43,463 bases of DNA. It comes from an uncultured bacterium (GTDB lineage: Bacteria; UBP14; UBA6098; B30-G16). The notes below the pieces were generated by a model. The model searched no databases. It was given only the letters and a program-made list of their open reading frames with translations, and had not been told where the DNA came from. A program made the position numbers and the translations under genes. Location of the stretch: assembly GCA_965552135.1 (NCBI GenBank), contig CBEVQY010000026.1, positions 1 to 43,463 of the forward strand, given 5' to 3'. This document shows positions 19,121 to 29,117 of the stretch, piece by piece (the stretch's first letter is position 1; every line of letters starts with the position of its first letter).

Positions 19121-20347
19121 CTACGTCTTCTTCTCCTTCTTCTGCGCGGCGGGGAAGAGGACGTTGTTCAGGATGAGCCTGTAGCCGGGCGAGTTCTTGT
19201 GGAGCGAGAGGTCGGTTGGGGGGTCGCCTATGTAGTGGGCGTAGTCCTCGGGGTCGTGTCCGGCAAGGAATGTGAAGGTCCCCTTCCCGAAGTTGCCGTG
19301 GAGGTACTTGACGACGTCCGTCCCCTCGTACTTCGCCAAAATCACGACGTTTTTCTTTATCGTCTTGCCGTTGAAGGCGCTGGTCTGCCCCAAAAAGTCG
19401 GGGATTACGGCGGTGTGGTCTTGAACGAGCATCGTCGGCACGGGGTCGTACTTGGCGGAGAAGTCGAAGAGCTTAAAGTACTTTGCCGGCGGCTTTACGT
19501 CGATGTCGGAAAACTCGTAGACCATCGGGTCGGGTATGAGCTTGAAGTTCGTGAAGGCAAGCGTTTTTGAGAAGTCGAGCTTTTCGTTGTAGTTTGGGTC
19601 GGGTGGGTCGCCGTCGAAGGGGACGTCGACGATGTCCACGTCCTCCGCCGCAAGCGCTATGTCGTACGAGTCCGTTGCGGAGCACATCGCGAAGACAAAC
19701 CCTCCGCCGGCGATGTACTCCTTGATCTTCCTCGCAACCGCCTTCTTCAGCTCCGAGACCTTTGCGAACCCGAGCTTGCGCGCCGTCTCCTGGTTGAGGG
19801 CGACCTCGCGCTGGTACCAAAGCGCGTTGCGGTAGCTCGCGTAAAACTTCCCGTACTGACCGGTGAAGTCCTCGTGGTGCAGGTGGAGCCAGTCGAACTT
19901 GGGAAGCTCCCCCGCGAGAACCTCAGGGTCCCACACAGTCTCGTACGGGATCTCCGCGTACTCGAGTGCAAGCCTCACCGCGTCGTCCCACGGATCGCGG
20001 GTGGGGGGGACGTAAACCCCTATCCGCGGAGCCTTCTCCAGAAGCACCACCTCCATGTTGGAGTTTTCGATGGTCGCGTATATCTGCGCCACCGTTGCCT
20101 CGTCGACCACGGTGTATGCCACCCCGCGGACCTTGCAGACCTGCGCTATCTCGTCGGCGTAGGGCGTGAGGAAGCTCCCGCCGCGGTAGTTGAGCAACCA
20201 CTCGACGTTGTAACCCCTCTCCAGACACCAGTAAGCCACCCCGTATGCCTTCAGGTGATCGGTCTGGGTGGGGTCCATGTAGATGAGGATTTTATCGCCC
20301 CAGAGCACAAAAGTCAGCGCCAAAAGCAAAAGGGATGTGCGCCGCAT
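19121..20347 (-). CDS. Conserved exported FCB-group protein (often labelled asparagine synthetase B; function unknown)
   Basis: Signal peptide. MD..Q.DHLKAYG, WLLNYRGGSF, PWDDAV, WLHLHHEDFTGQYGKF, GHDPEDY, NSPGYRLILNN. Confidence 0.75.
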   Translation of the reverse strand: MRRTSLLLLALTFVLWGDKILIYMDPTQTDHLKAYGVAYWCLERGYNVEWLLNYRGGSFLTPYADEIAQVCKVRGVAYTVVDEATVAQIYATIENSNMEVVLLEKAPRIGVYVPPTRDPWDDAVRLALEYAEIPYETVWDPEVLAGELPKFDWLHLHHEDFTGQYGKFYASYRNALWYQREVALNQETARKLGFAKVSELKKAVARKIKEYIAGGGFVFAMCSATDSYDIALAAEDVDIVDVPFDGDPPDPNYNEKLDFSKTLAFTNFKLIPDPMVYEFSDIDVKPPAKYFKLFDFSAKYDPVPTMLVQDHTAVIPDFLGQTSAFNGKTIKKNVVILAKYEGTDVVKYLHGNFGKGTFTFLAGHDPEDYAHYIGDPPTDLSLHKNSPGYRLILNNVLFPAAQKKEKKT

Positions 20348-20457
20348 CTTGCCCTCCCTTGCCCTCGTTACGAAAATATCTCTTCTTCGGCAAAAATCAA
20401 GGGATTTGCCAAAAAGTTGTGGACTTGGCTTGGCGTCTTTTGCATAAGTAAGTAGCC

Positions 20458-20880
20458 ATGGGTCCTTTGGGTTGGAAGTTTTTTGCCGCCGCGACCCTTT
20501 TGTGCTGGGGGCTTTGGGGTTTCTTTGGCAAGCTCGCCTCCCAGCGGATACCAGGTGTGACCGTTTTTGTGCTTTCGGCTGCGGCGAGCGTGGTGTTCCT
20601 GCTTTTGCTTGTGCCGCTTTACGCCGGGCAGGTTCGCCTCGCCCTCCGGGATTACAGGTGCTGCTTTGCGTTTCTGGCGGGCTTCGTTGGAACGCTGGGA
20701 ACGCTTGCGTTCTACCTCGCCCTAAGGCGCGCCGAGGCGTCGAAGGTCGTCGTCGTGACGTCGCTTTACCCGATGGTCACGGTCGTGCTCGCCGCGCTCC
20801 TGCTCAGGGAAACGCTCGGGCTTATGAAGGTTTTGGGGATAGTCCTTGCCCTGGCTGGCATCGTTCTTCTGTCGCTTTAG
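20458..20880 (+). CDS. EamA/DMT family small transporter
   Basis: About five hydrophobic helices. WGFFGK, FYLAL, ASKVV...SLYP, LLRETL. Confidence 0.85.
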   Translation: MGPLGWKFFAAATLLCWGLWGFFGKLASQRIPGVTVFVLSAAASVVFLLLLVPLYAGQVRLALRDYRCCFAFLAGFVGTLGTLAFYLALRRAEASKVVVVTSLYPMVTVVLAALLLRETLGLMKVLGIVLALAGIVLLSL

Positions 20881-20889
20881 CTTTGGGGG

Positions 20890-22011
20890 ATGCTGAACTT
20901 GGGCTGGACGGGGATCTTAGTGGGTGTTGCCGCGTTTTTGAGCACCCTTTTTTGTGCAGAGGTTTACCGCGATATCCCTTACTACCCCGCCGGTGAGGCA
21001 CCCGATCCCGAGAAGAACCTGCTTGACGTATACGTTCCAGAGGGCGCCTGTGGTCTGCCCGTTTTCTTCTGGATCCACGGCGGCGCGTGGATGTCGGGCG
21101 ATAAGGACGACTACGTCGCGCTGGGGGAGAACATAGCGGATCAGGAGGGGCTTGTTGCGGTTATTATATCCTATCGCCTTTCTGACCCGAGCCATCCCGG
21201 TGTTATGCACCCTGATCACATCGTCGATGTGGCGCGCGCCTTTGCGTGGACGAAGGAGCACATATCCTGCTACGGCGGCGACCCGGACAAGATCTTCGTC
21301 TGCGGGCACTCGGCGGGCGGACATCTTTGCGCCCTGCTTTTCACGAACACAGCATACCTCGAGGCGGAGGGGCTTTCTGCCCTCGACATCTGCGGCGCTG
21401 CACCAATAAGCATAGCCGCGTACGACCTCTGGACGTATGCGTCCGCGGGAACGCTCATCAGCCTCTACCAGCCCGCCTTCGGCAACGACACGGCGGTTTG
21501 GCGCGATGCCTCGCCCAAGTATCACCTCCATCCGGGCATGCCGCCCACAAGGATCTTCGTCGCCCAGCACGACGCCCCAGCGATCCAGATGGAAAGCGAA
21601 AACTTCCTCAACGACATGAACGCCTTCCAGCCCACGGAGACCGTCTACGTGGAGGGCGGTCATATCTCCGAGGTATACGACCTCATAAGCGACCCCGACT
21701 CCCGGATAAGGCGCGAGCTTGTGGGTTTCATTCGCGAGGTGGCGGGTGTCGCCGAGGTTGGGTCTCGCTCTTCGGGCGTTTTTGTGCGCAGCGATCCTTT
21801 CGGCAGGCGCTTCGAGTTCGATGTTCCCGGCGGCTCGGAGGTTGAGGTTTTCGACCTTGGCGGCAGATCAGTCTTCCGCGCCAGGGCGCCCGCGCACAAA
21901 ACGACCATCGCCTGGCGACCGGAGGATTCGCTCCCCACGGGCGCCTACTTCCTCATCGTCGCCCCCGCAGACGGAGCACCCGGCTTCTTCAAGCTCCTGC
22001 GACTGAAGTGA
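20890..22011 (+). CDS. Secreted alpha/beta hydrolase (HSL-like esterase) with degenerate T9SS-like C-terminal domain
   Basis: Signal peptide. HGGAW oxyanion hole and GHSAGG nucleophile elbow. C-terminal DPF...VFDLGG...W...LPTGAYF...LK. Confidence 0.85.
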   Translation: MLNLGWTGILVGVAAFLSTLFCAEVYRDIPYYPAGEAPDPEKNLLDVYVPEGACGLPVFFWIHGGAWMSGDKDDYVALGENIADQEGLVAVIISYRLSDPSHPGVMHPDHIVDVARAFAWTKEHISCYGGDPDKIFVCGHSAGGHLCALLFTNTAYLEAEGLSALDICGAAPISIAAYDLWTYASAGTLISLYQPAFGNDTAVWRDASPKYHLHPGMPPTRIFVAQHDAPAIQMESENFLNDMNAFQPTETVYVEGGHISEVYDLISDPDSRIRRELVGFIREVAGVAEVGSRSSGVFVRSDPFGRRFEFDVPGGSEVEVFDLGGRSVFRARAPAHKTTIAWRPEDSLPTGAYFLIVAPADGAPGFFKLLRLK

Positions 22012-22077
22012 ATTCCCCCGCAGGCGGCGCGAGGACTTGGCTTGACACCAGCCACCTGCGGGATTTCATTATTCCCG

Positions 22078-23259
22078 ATGAGGTTCGATTGGGTACTCTT
22101 CTGCGTTGCCTTAGCCCTCTCCCTGGTGGGGATTTTGCTGATATACACCGCCGTTTACGGCACGCCCCTTGGCAAGCTTTGGATCAGACAGACGGCTTTC
22201 CTTCTGTTTTCGCTTGGCGCGATGACCTTTTTTGGGCGCATCCCGATGCGGCTGCACGACGGCTTAGCCTATGTCTACTACGGCGTCGTGCTTTTGGCGC
22301 TCGTTTTGGCTTTATTGCAGCCAACGGAGATTAAAAGGTGGTTGAGCTTTGGACCGGTTCGCTTTCAGCCCTCGGAGTTTGCCAAGCTTGGGGTGATATT
22401 TGCCCTGGGCAGGTGGCTTCGCGACCACAGCCGCAGCATAAACAGCGTTTGGACGATTGCCGGGGCGCTTTTCCTCGTCGCCCTGCCGAGCGCGCTCGTC
22501 GTCAGGGAGCCAGACCTGGGGACGGCTTTGGTGTTCTTTGTCATAGCCTTCGCGATGCTTTACGCCGCGGGAACAAGACCGCTTTACCTCTTTTTGCTTC
22601 TCACGCCGGCTCTGGCGATGGTCAGCGCCCTGCACTGGGTCGCGTGGGCTGTGTACTTCGCGCTGCTTTTGGTCGTTCTTTTTGCGTGGAGGGTATCCCC
22701 AACGGTGTTTTTGGGCGCCGTCGTTGTTGCGATAGCCGTCGGCGTCACAACCCCCTATGTGTGGGCGCACCTGCACCCCTATCAGCAGGAGAGAATCCTC
22801 GTCTTCCTCAACCCCGGGCATGACCCCTTTGGGGCGGGATATCAGCTCATCCAGTCGAAGATCGCCATAGGCTCGGGGGGCGTTTTCGGAAAGGGATTTC
22901 TTGAGGGCACGCAGATCAAGCTCGCCTTCCTTCCGGCAAAACACTCCGACTTCATCTTCGCCGTGCTCGGGGAGCAGTTTGGCTTTGTTGGCTGCGTTTT
23001 GGTTTTGGCGCTCTTTTGGCTTTTCATCTGGCGCGCGGTGAGGATCGCATCCCAGGCTAGGACGACCTTCGGGTCCGTCGTCGCGATGGGGATTGCAGCC
23101 GTGGTGGCTTTTCAGGTCGTTGTGAACGTGTCGATGACCGTCGGCTTGGCGCCGATAACTGGGATCCCACTGCCTTTCCTCTCGTCCGGCGGGTCCGCGC
23201 TTGTGACATTTTGGCTTATGACGGGCGCACTGCAGCAGATATACAGCCAGAGAGCCTGA
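22078..23259 (+). CDS. rodA: Rod shape-determining SEDS glycosyltransferase RodA
   Basis: RW...FQPSEFAK, EPDLGT, YQQERI, GYQLIQSKIAIGSGG, HSDFIF, TGIPLPFLSSGGS. Confidence 0.93.
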   Translation: MRFDWVLFCVALALSLVGILLIYTAVYGTPLGKLWIRQTAFLLFSLGAMTFFGRIPMRLHDGLAYVYYGVVLLALVLALLQPTEIKRWLSFGPVRFQPSEFAKLGVIFALGRWLRDHSRSINSVWTIAGALFLVALPSALVVREPDLGTALVFFVIAFAMLYAAGTRPLYLFLLLTPALAMVSALHWVAWAVYFALLLVVLFAWRVSPTVFLGAVVVAIAVGVTTPYVWAHLHPYQQERILVFLNPGHDPFGAGYQLIQSKIAIGSGGVFGKGFLEGTQIKLAFLPAKHSDFIFAVLGEQFGFVGCVLVLALFWLFIWRAVRIASQARTTFGSVVAMGIAAVVAFQVVVNVSMTVGLAPITGIPLPFLSSGGSALVTFWLMTGALQQIYSQRA

Positions 23260-23271
23260 GGTGGGGCGCAG

Positions 23272-24060
23272 ATGAGGGAGCTTTCCAAAAGGATCCTTGT
23301 TGCCTGTTTGGTTGTGGGTCCGCTTGTGCTTGTGCCGCTTTGGCTCGGGAGCTTTGCGCTTTTGGCGCTCGTCGTCGCCGCGTCGGTGGGGCTTTTAATC
23401 GAGTTCAGAAGGATGGCTGGCCAAGCCCTGTCCGCGCAGACGTACGTCGCCCTTATGGTGTTGTGCGTTCTCTGGCACGTCGCCGTCTTCGTCCACTACG
23501 AGAACCTGCCTCAGCTTGTGGCAGGGATAGCGCTTATCGTTTTTCTGTGCGAGCTTTCGCCGGAGCAGCCGAAGGGCTTTGTGGAGAGGGTTGGGACGGC
23601 GGCTTTCCTGTTTATCTACGCGGGGGTTTTGCTCTCCTGCGTTCTGCGCGTGAGGGATTTCGGTCGTTTTTGGGCGTTTTTGCCCGTGGCTATGGTTTGG
23701 ACCGCCGATACCTTCGCCTACTGGGGCGGGGCTTTGACCGGCAGGCGCAAGCTCGCCCCAGCCCTTTCGCCGAAGAAGACGGTTGAGGGTTTTCTTTGGG
23801 GCGTGGTTGGTGCGTTTGTCGTTGCAGCCGTGGCTGTGGCGATAAACCCGCGCGCAAACGAGCTTCGGATTCTCCTTGTCGCCGCGGCGGCGGGCACGGC
23901 GGGTCAGCTGGGCGACCTTTTTGAGTCGAAGCTTAAAAGGCAGTTCGGCGTCAAGGACTCGGGCTCCATATTCCCCGGCCACGGCGGCGTGTGGGATCGA
24001 ACGGACTCGCTTGTGTGGGTTTACGCGGTGACCTGGCTCATCCTCACCGCGGGGATCTGA
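23272..24060 (+). CDS. cdsA: Phosphatidate cytidylyltransferase
   Basis: DTFAY, SPKKTVEG, GDLFESKLKR..GVKDSG..FPGHGG..DRTDS. Confidence 0.95.
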   Translation: MRELSKRILVACLVVGPLVLVPLWLGSFALLALVVAASVGLLIEFRRMAGQALSAQTYVALMVLCVLWHVAVFVHYENLPQLVAGIALIVFLCELSPEQPKGFVERVGTAAFLFIYAGVLLSCVLRVRDFGRFWAFLPVAMVWTADTFAYWGGALTGRRKLAPALSPKKTVEGFLWGVVGAFVVAAVAVAINPRANELRILLVAAAAGTAGQLGDLFESKLKRQFGVKDSGSIFPGHGGVWDRTDSLVWVYAVTWLILTAGI

Positions 24061-25182
24061 TCAGCCCACGTGCGCCGCTATCGCCTTCGCCATGTCGATG
24101 GTGGAGGCGCTGCCGCCCATGTCGTAGGTTCTGACCTTGCCCTCCTCGATAACCGCTGCGACGGCGTTCTCTATCGCACTCGCCTTCTCGTCCTCGCCGA
24201 GCCACTGCAGCATAAGCCGCGCGGCAAGGATCATGGCAGTTGGGTTGACCTTGTACTGACCCGCGTATTTCGGCGCGCTTCCGTGGGTTGGCTCGAATAT
24301 CCCGTAGTTTTCGCCTATGTTCCCGCTGGATGCGAAGCCAAGACCGCCAACAAGCTGCGCCGCAAGGTCGGAGATTATGTCGCCGAACATGTTGGACGCA
24401 ACCAGGACGCCGTAGTTCTGGGGGTTTTTGACGAGCCACATCGCCATCGCGTCGACGTTGGTCTCCCAAAGCTCAACGGGGGCGTACTCGGGCGCTATCT
24501 GGCGCGCAAGCTCCACCATCATGCCGGAGGTTTCGCGGATGACGTTGGGCTTTTCGACGACGGTGACCGACTTGTAGCCGTGTTTTTTCGCGTATTCGAA
24601 CGCGGCGCGCAGAATTCGCTCGCAGCCGCGCTTGGTGAAGATGCGGCACGAGATCGCAAGCTCATCGCCGGGGACGTCGCGGAACTTCGCCATGTTCGGC
24701 GAGTGCTTCTCTAAAGCCGTGCGGACCTCGTCGGGGACGGGGCGAAACTCGACGCCCGCGTAAAGTCCCTCGGTGTTCTCGCGGAAGACGACGAGGTCGA
24801 TGTCGTCGCGGTAGTTGAGTGGGTTGCCCGGGAACGCCTTGCACGGGCGAAGGTTGACGTAAAGGTCGAACATCTGCCGCAGCCTGACGATGGGGGAGCG
24901 GTATACAAGCCCCTTCCCGCGAAGCTGGGGCGAAAGCTCCTGCTCAGCCTCCTGCTTGGGCTTCGAGGTTATGGCGCCGAAGAGGCACGCGTCGGTGGTC
25001 TTTAAAAGATCAACCGTCCTCTGGGGCAGGGGATCCCCCTCCTTGCACCAGAACTCCCACCCGATATCGCCGTAAACGTACTCCGCGTCGAAGTCGACCG
25101 CCTCAAGCACGATCATTGCCGCCTCGACCACCTCCTTCCCAACTCCGTCGCCCGGAAGGACAGCGATCCTGTACTTCGCCAT
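24061..25182 (-). CDS. Isocitrate/isopropylmalate/homoisocitrate dehydrogenase family protein
   Basis: LPGDGVGKEV, NLRP, RENTEGLY, NMFGDIISD, FEPTHGSAP, TYDMGG. Confidence 0.92.
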   Translation of the reverse strand: MAKYRIAVLPGDGVGKEVVEAAMIVLEAVDFDAEYVYGDIGWEFWCKEGDPLPQRTVDLLKTTDACLFGAITSKPKQEAEQELSPQLRGKGLVYRSPIVRLRQMFDLYVNLRPCKAFPGNPLNYRDDIDLVVFRENTEGLYAGVEFRPVPDEVRTALEKHSPNMAKFRDVPGDELAISCRIFTKRGCERILRAAFEYAKKHGYKSVTVVEKPNVIRETSGMMVELARQIAPEYAPVELWETNVDAMAMWLVKNPQNYGVLVASNMFGDIISDLAAQLVGGLGFASSGNIGENYGIFEPTHGSAPKYAGQYKVNPTAMILAARLMLQWLGEDEKASAIENAVAAVIEEGKVRTYDMGGSASTIDMAKAIAAHVG

Positions 25183-25201
25183 AGCCTCTCCTTTCTTTTG
25201 C

Positions 25202-25759
25202 TTACCTTCGCCTTGACGAGAGGACCTGCATTGCGGCGCCTACGAGCGCGACGCCGAGCGTTATTGCGAGCGCCAGAGGCGACACCTGTCCCGATTTTAT
25301 TGCCGCAAGAGCGGGTTTTTGCGTGATGACCTGCGCGAACGCGGCAACAACGAGCGCCGCCCCGAAAATCGACGTCGCGACGACAAGCGCGGGCTTTTGT
25401 ATGAGCGTTGTTGTCACGGCGAAGACCACCGCCGCAGCCACAGTCACGATGATGTGGGTTGTTTGAGGCGCACCTGCGGAGAATGTGTGTCCCAAAGCTG
25501 CCCCAACCGCGGCACCAACGCAGAAGAACGCGGCACCCTGCAGAAGTCTGAACAGCGCGGCGCCGAAAAGACCACCCATAAGCGCGCCGATGAGTATCAA
25601 AAGCCACACGCCGGGCGCGAAAAACGCCACAAAAAGCGCCCCGCAAAAAGCACCAAAAATGAAACCCAAAAGAAAGACAAAGCCCCTGTAGATGTTGTAT
25701 CCGGCGAAAAGCAGAGGCACGCCGCAGACGAAGTAACCTATTGCGGAAAGGTAGATCAT
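25202..25759 (-). CDS. DUF4203-like membrane protein
   Basis: About six hydrophobic helices. FAGY..YR...LGF..G and TSIFGA. TAATG coupling with the upstream gene. Confidence 0.65.
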   Translation of the reverse strand: MIYLSAIGYFVCGVPLLFAGYNIYRGFVFLLGFIFGAFCGALFVAFFAPGVWLLILIGALMGGLFGAALFRLLQGAAFFCVGAAVGAALGHTFSAGAPQTTHIIVTVAAAVVFAVTTTLIQKPALVVATSIFGAALVVAAFAQVITQKPALAAIKSGQVSPLALAITLGVALVGAAMQVLSSRRR

Positions 25760-26265
25760 TACGGTCGCACCCTGCGGAGTTCCCACCTTACGGCTCTCCC
25801 CTCGATCTCAAGGACCCCCCAGCTGCCCGTGCTTGCGAATATGTTCCCCGCAACGGAGCCCGGATTGAAGAGCTTTGTTCCCTCTATCTCGACCTCGAGG
25901 GGGCTGTGCGAGTGACCGAAGAGTATCACGTCGAAGCGCGTGTCGGGATACCTTTCGGAGAGGGCGCGCATCACCCTGCGCTCAAGCCCCTCGGGTGCGC
26001 CCCATCCGTGCATAACGCCCACGGTGATGCCCCCAAGCTCAAGCCTCAGCGCTTCCGGGAGAATTTTGCGTACATCGGCGTCGTCCATATTGCCGCAAAC
26101 GCCATAGAAATCGGCTACGTCGCGTATGCTCTCAAGGGCGTGGACGGACGTGAAATCGCCGCAGTGGATAACGGCGTCGAACTCCGCCAGCTCCTTAAGA
26201 AAGCCCGGCGGAAAAGAGGAAACCCTATGACCGACGTGGGTGTCGGAGATTACCGCTATCCTCAC
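25759..26265 (-). CDS. Metallophosphoesterase (YfcE/MJ0936 family)
   Basis: SDTH, HCGD, GNMD, HG, FGHSH, NPGS. Confidence 0.92.
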   Translation of the reverse strand: MRIAVISDTHVGHRVSSFPPGFLKELAEFDAVIHCGDFTSVHALESIRDVADFYGVCGNMDDADVRKILPEALRLELGGITVGVMHGWGAPEGLERRVMRALSERYPDTRFDVILFGHSHSPLEVEIEGTKLFNPGSVAGNIFASTGSWGVLEIEGRAVRWELRRVRP

Positions 26266-26271
26266 CTTGCG

Positions 26272-26367
26272 TCAGCGCTTCTTCTTTTTGTGCCTGTCCC
26301 TCTTGCGGCGCTTTTTGAGCTTATGGCGCTTAACCTTCCGAAGCTTTCTCTTCCTCCCGCACGGCAT
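26272..26367 (-). CDS. 31-aa basic peptide, bS22 / AURKAIP1-COX24 (mS38)-like ribosomal protein
   Basis: Manual translation gives MPCGRKRKLRKVKRHKLKKRRKRDRHKKKKR. SD AGGAG upstream and its own promoter. Confidence 0.85.
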   Translation of the reverse strand: MPCGRKRKLRKVKRHKLKKRRKRDRHKKKKR

Positions 26368-26411
26368 AGCTGCTCCTGTTCTAAAAGCTTACCTTTCCGC
26401 TTAGGCTCAAA

Positions 26412-26440
26412 ATGCTATAGTTTTTTTGCCGGGAGCGCAA
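26412..26440 (-). promoter_or_regulatory. Sigma70-type promoter for the bS22-like operon
   Basis: TTGCGC, 17 nt, TAGCAT on the minus strand, with an AT-rich upstream region. Confidence 0.55.
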
Positions 26441-26579
26441 GGATTTTTTCAAAAAAGAGATGTCTGCACGGGTGCCAGAGATCTCCATGGGGCTTTCGCG
26501 GGGAGCAAAGGGGTTGGATTTTGCTGTGACGGTGCCCCTAAGGCTTTCGGGTCGGCGTCTCCAAAGCTCCGCAAACGAC

Positions 26580-26861
26580 TTAGAGGAACTCCGTCTCAAC
26601 GTTGAGGATGACGACTCGCCGCTCCTGCTCGATGAGGCTTGTTGCCTTGTCCAGAAGCCCGTTGAGGTACGCCCCGCTCTGGTTGACGCTGACTATCGCT
26701 ATCGTCGACCGCTGCCACAGGTCGAGGTGATCCACTTCGGCGACGGCGAGGTTGAACCTTGAGCGCAGCTTATCCCTAAGCGACTTTACGACAAACCTCT
26801 TCTCTTTCAAAGACCTGCAGCCGGGGATGTGGAGCTCAATGGTGCGTACGCCTATGACCAT
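26580..26861 (-). CDS. DUF503 (YlxP) protein
   Basis: SLKEKR..VKS....FN..VAEV...DLWQ. Conserved position downstream of infB. Confidence 0.9.
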   Translation of the reverse strand: MVIGVRTIELHIPGCRSLKEKRFVVKSLRDKLRSRFNLAVAEVDHLDLWQRSTIAIVSVNQSGAYLNGLLDKATSLIEQERRVVILNVETEFL

Positions 26862-26892
26862 CTCTCCATCACCCCTGCGGGTTTATGAAGCG

Positions 26893-29102
26893 CTAAAGCG
26901 TTTGTTTTATTTCGATTCGCTCGAAGACTTCAAGTTCGTCGTTAGGTTGGAAGTCGGACACGCCGTCGATTAGTATCCCGCACTCAAGCCCGGCTATGAC
27001 CTCTTTCACCTTGTCCTTGAACCTTCTGAGGTCGGCGATGACGCCTTCGCCTATGACTTCGCCGTCCCTTTTGACGCGCACACGCGCCCCAAGCCTGACG
27101 ACGCCCTCCTTGACGATGCACCCCGCAACCTGACCCACCTGGGATATCTTGAACACCTTGAGTATCTCTGCGGTGCCGAGGTATTCTTCGTGGATTTTGG
27201 GTGCGAGCATTCCCTCGAGCGCCTTGCGCACGTCGTCCTCGAGGTCGTAGATCACCTGGTAGGTTCGTATTTCCACCCCTTCGCGCTTTGCCGCCTCCCG
27301 GGCGCGACCGTCGGGCTTGACGTTGAAGCCTATGACGACGGCGTTCGCTGCGGCAGCCAGGAGAACGTCGTTTTCGTTTATGAGTCCAACGCCCTGGTGG
27401 ATTATCTCCACCTTGACCTCATCCGTGGAGAGGTGGGCGAGCATGTCGGCGATCGCCTCGACGGAGCCGTCGACGTCGCCTTTGAGGACGATCTTAAGCG
27501 TTTTCTCTTCGCCTGCCTCGACCCTGCGGTAGAAGTCCTGGAGTGAGACCCTTCTGGCGCGGTATTTCTGCTGTCTTTCGCGCATCATGCGGCGCTTTTC
27601 GGCTATCTCGTCGGCTACCTTTTCGCTTTCGACGACGAAGAACGGGTCGCCGGCTTCGGGCACGCCGTCGCTGCCTATAACCTGCACCGGTCTTGACGGA
27701 CCTGCCTCATCGACCGTGTTGCCGCGCTCGTCGAACATGTTCCTGACCCTGCCCGAGTAGCTCCCCATGACGAACGGATCCCCTTTTCGCAGCGTTCCCT
27801 GCTGGATGAGGACTGTGGCGACGGGTCCGCGTCCGCGGTCGAGTCGCGCCTCGAGCACAACGCCGCGCGCAGGCTTGAAGGGATTCGCCTTAAGCTCCAT
27901 CACCTCAGCCTGGAGCATGATGTATTCGATGAGGGTATCGACGTTCATTCCGGTTTTGGCTGAGATTTCGACGCATAGGGTATCGCCGCCCCATTGGTCG
28001 CATACGACGCCGTGTTCGGCAAGCTGCTTCATCACGTGCTCCGACGTTGCCCCGGGCAGGTCCATTTTGTTTATCGCCACGATTATCGGCACTCCTGCGG
28101 CGCGGGCGTGGTTTATCGCCTCCACCGTCTGCGGCATGACGCCGTCCTTCCAGTCGACGACAAGAACCACGATATCGGTGACCTGAGCGCCGCGGGCGCG
28201 CATCGCCGTAAAAGCCCGATGACCCGGCGTGTCGATGAACGTTATGTCGCCGAACTCAGTTTGGACGGTGTAGGCGCCTATGTGCTGCGTTATCCCGCCG
28301 ACCTCGCCGGCGACGACGTTGGTGTGGCGTATGTAGTCCAGCAGGGTCGTCTTTCCGTGGTCGCAACCGGCGGGCGGGGGAGGAGCTGGCTTTCGTCCTC
28401 TTCCTCTTCTTCGGGCAGAAGCTCGGGCTCAACGAACTCTATCTTCTGGGCGCGCTTTCCGTATGCCTCGGCGATGAGGGAAATTGTGTCGAAGTCGAGG
28501 CGCTGGTTGAGGGTGACCATAAGCCCGAGTTCCTTGAAGCATTTTGCCACGAGGTTTGTCGGCGGGACGCCGAGTCTTTCGGCAAGCTCCTGGGTAGTCA
28601 GAAACTCCGGCACCTCAAGGAGGTTCGGGTCCTTTACGGCGACCTCTTCGGCTGCCTCGGCGGGGCGCTTTTTGTACTTCTTCTTCTTGCGCGGCTGTGA
28701 CAGAAGCGCAAGCGTCCTTTTGACGGCGTCGGAGACCTTTTTGTGGGTTATCGTTTTGAGGAGCTCTTCGCGTCTTTTGCGCCGTTCCTCCTCGAGGCGG
28801 CGGAGCTCCGCGGCGTAGTCCCTGCCTTTCCTCTTTTTCTTCTTGTGGCGGCGCTTCCTGCGCCTTTTTGGGACCGCTTCGCGACGCTCAGCAGCGCGCT
28901 TTATCTCCTCCTTCTTCTTCTCCTCCTCCTTGACAGCCTCCTTCTCCTCCGACAGGCGCTGGGCGACCTTTGCGGCCATCTCGTCGGTGAAGGCGCTCAT
29001 GTGGCTTTTGACGTCGAAGCCCAGCTCGCGCAAAAGCTGCACAAGCGCCTTGCTCGTCAGATCAAGTTCGCGCGCCGCCTCGTATATCCGCTTGGATCCC
29101 AT
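26893..29102 (-). pseudogene. infB: Translation initiation factor IF2, split by a frameshifting deletion at ~28363 (probably a sequence artefact)
   Basis: N-terminal frame runs RIYEAAREL...PRPPV. The C-terminal frame resumes at 28362 with DHGKTTLLD...GGITQHIGAY...DTPGH...NKMD. The conserved V(T/V)xMGHV residues are missing. Confidence 0.9.
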
Positions 29103-29117
29103 GATGAAACCTTCGAC

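Noticed and set aside
19121..20347. Asparagine synthetase B (asnB) assignment
   Set aside because: Lacks the N-terminal Cys Ntn domain and the SGGLDS motif, and has a signal peptide.
24061..25182. Specific leuB or icd assignment
   Set aside because: Substrate specificity cannot be resolved by eye, and there is no leu or TCA gene context.
26445..26579. Possible rbfA remnant or ncRNA after DUF503
   Set aside because: No RbfA-like translation and no convincing structure or RNA motif.
28290..28370. Programmed frameshift in infB
   Set aside because: No slippery heptamer at the junction, and conserved residues are physically missing.
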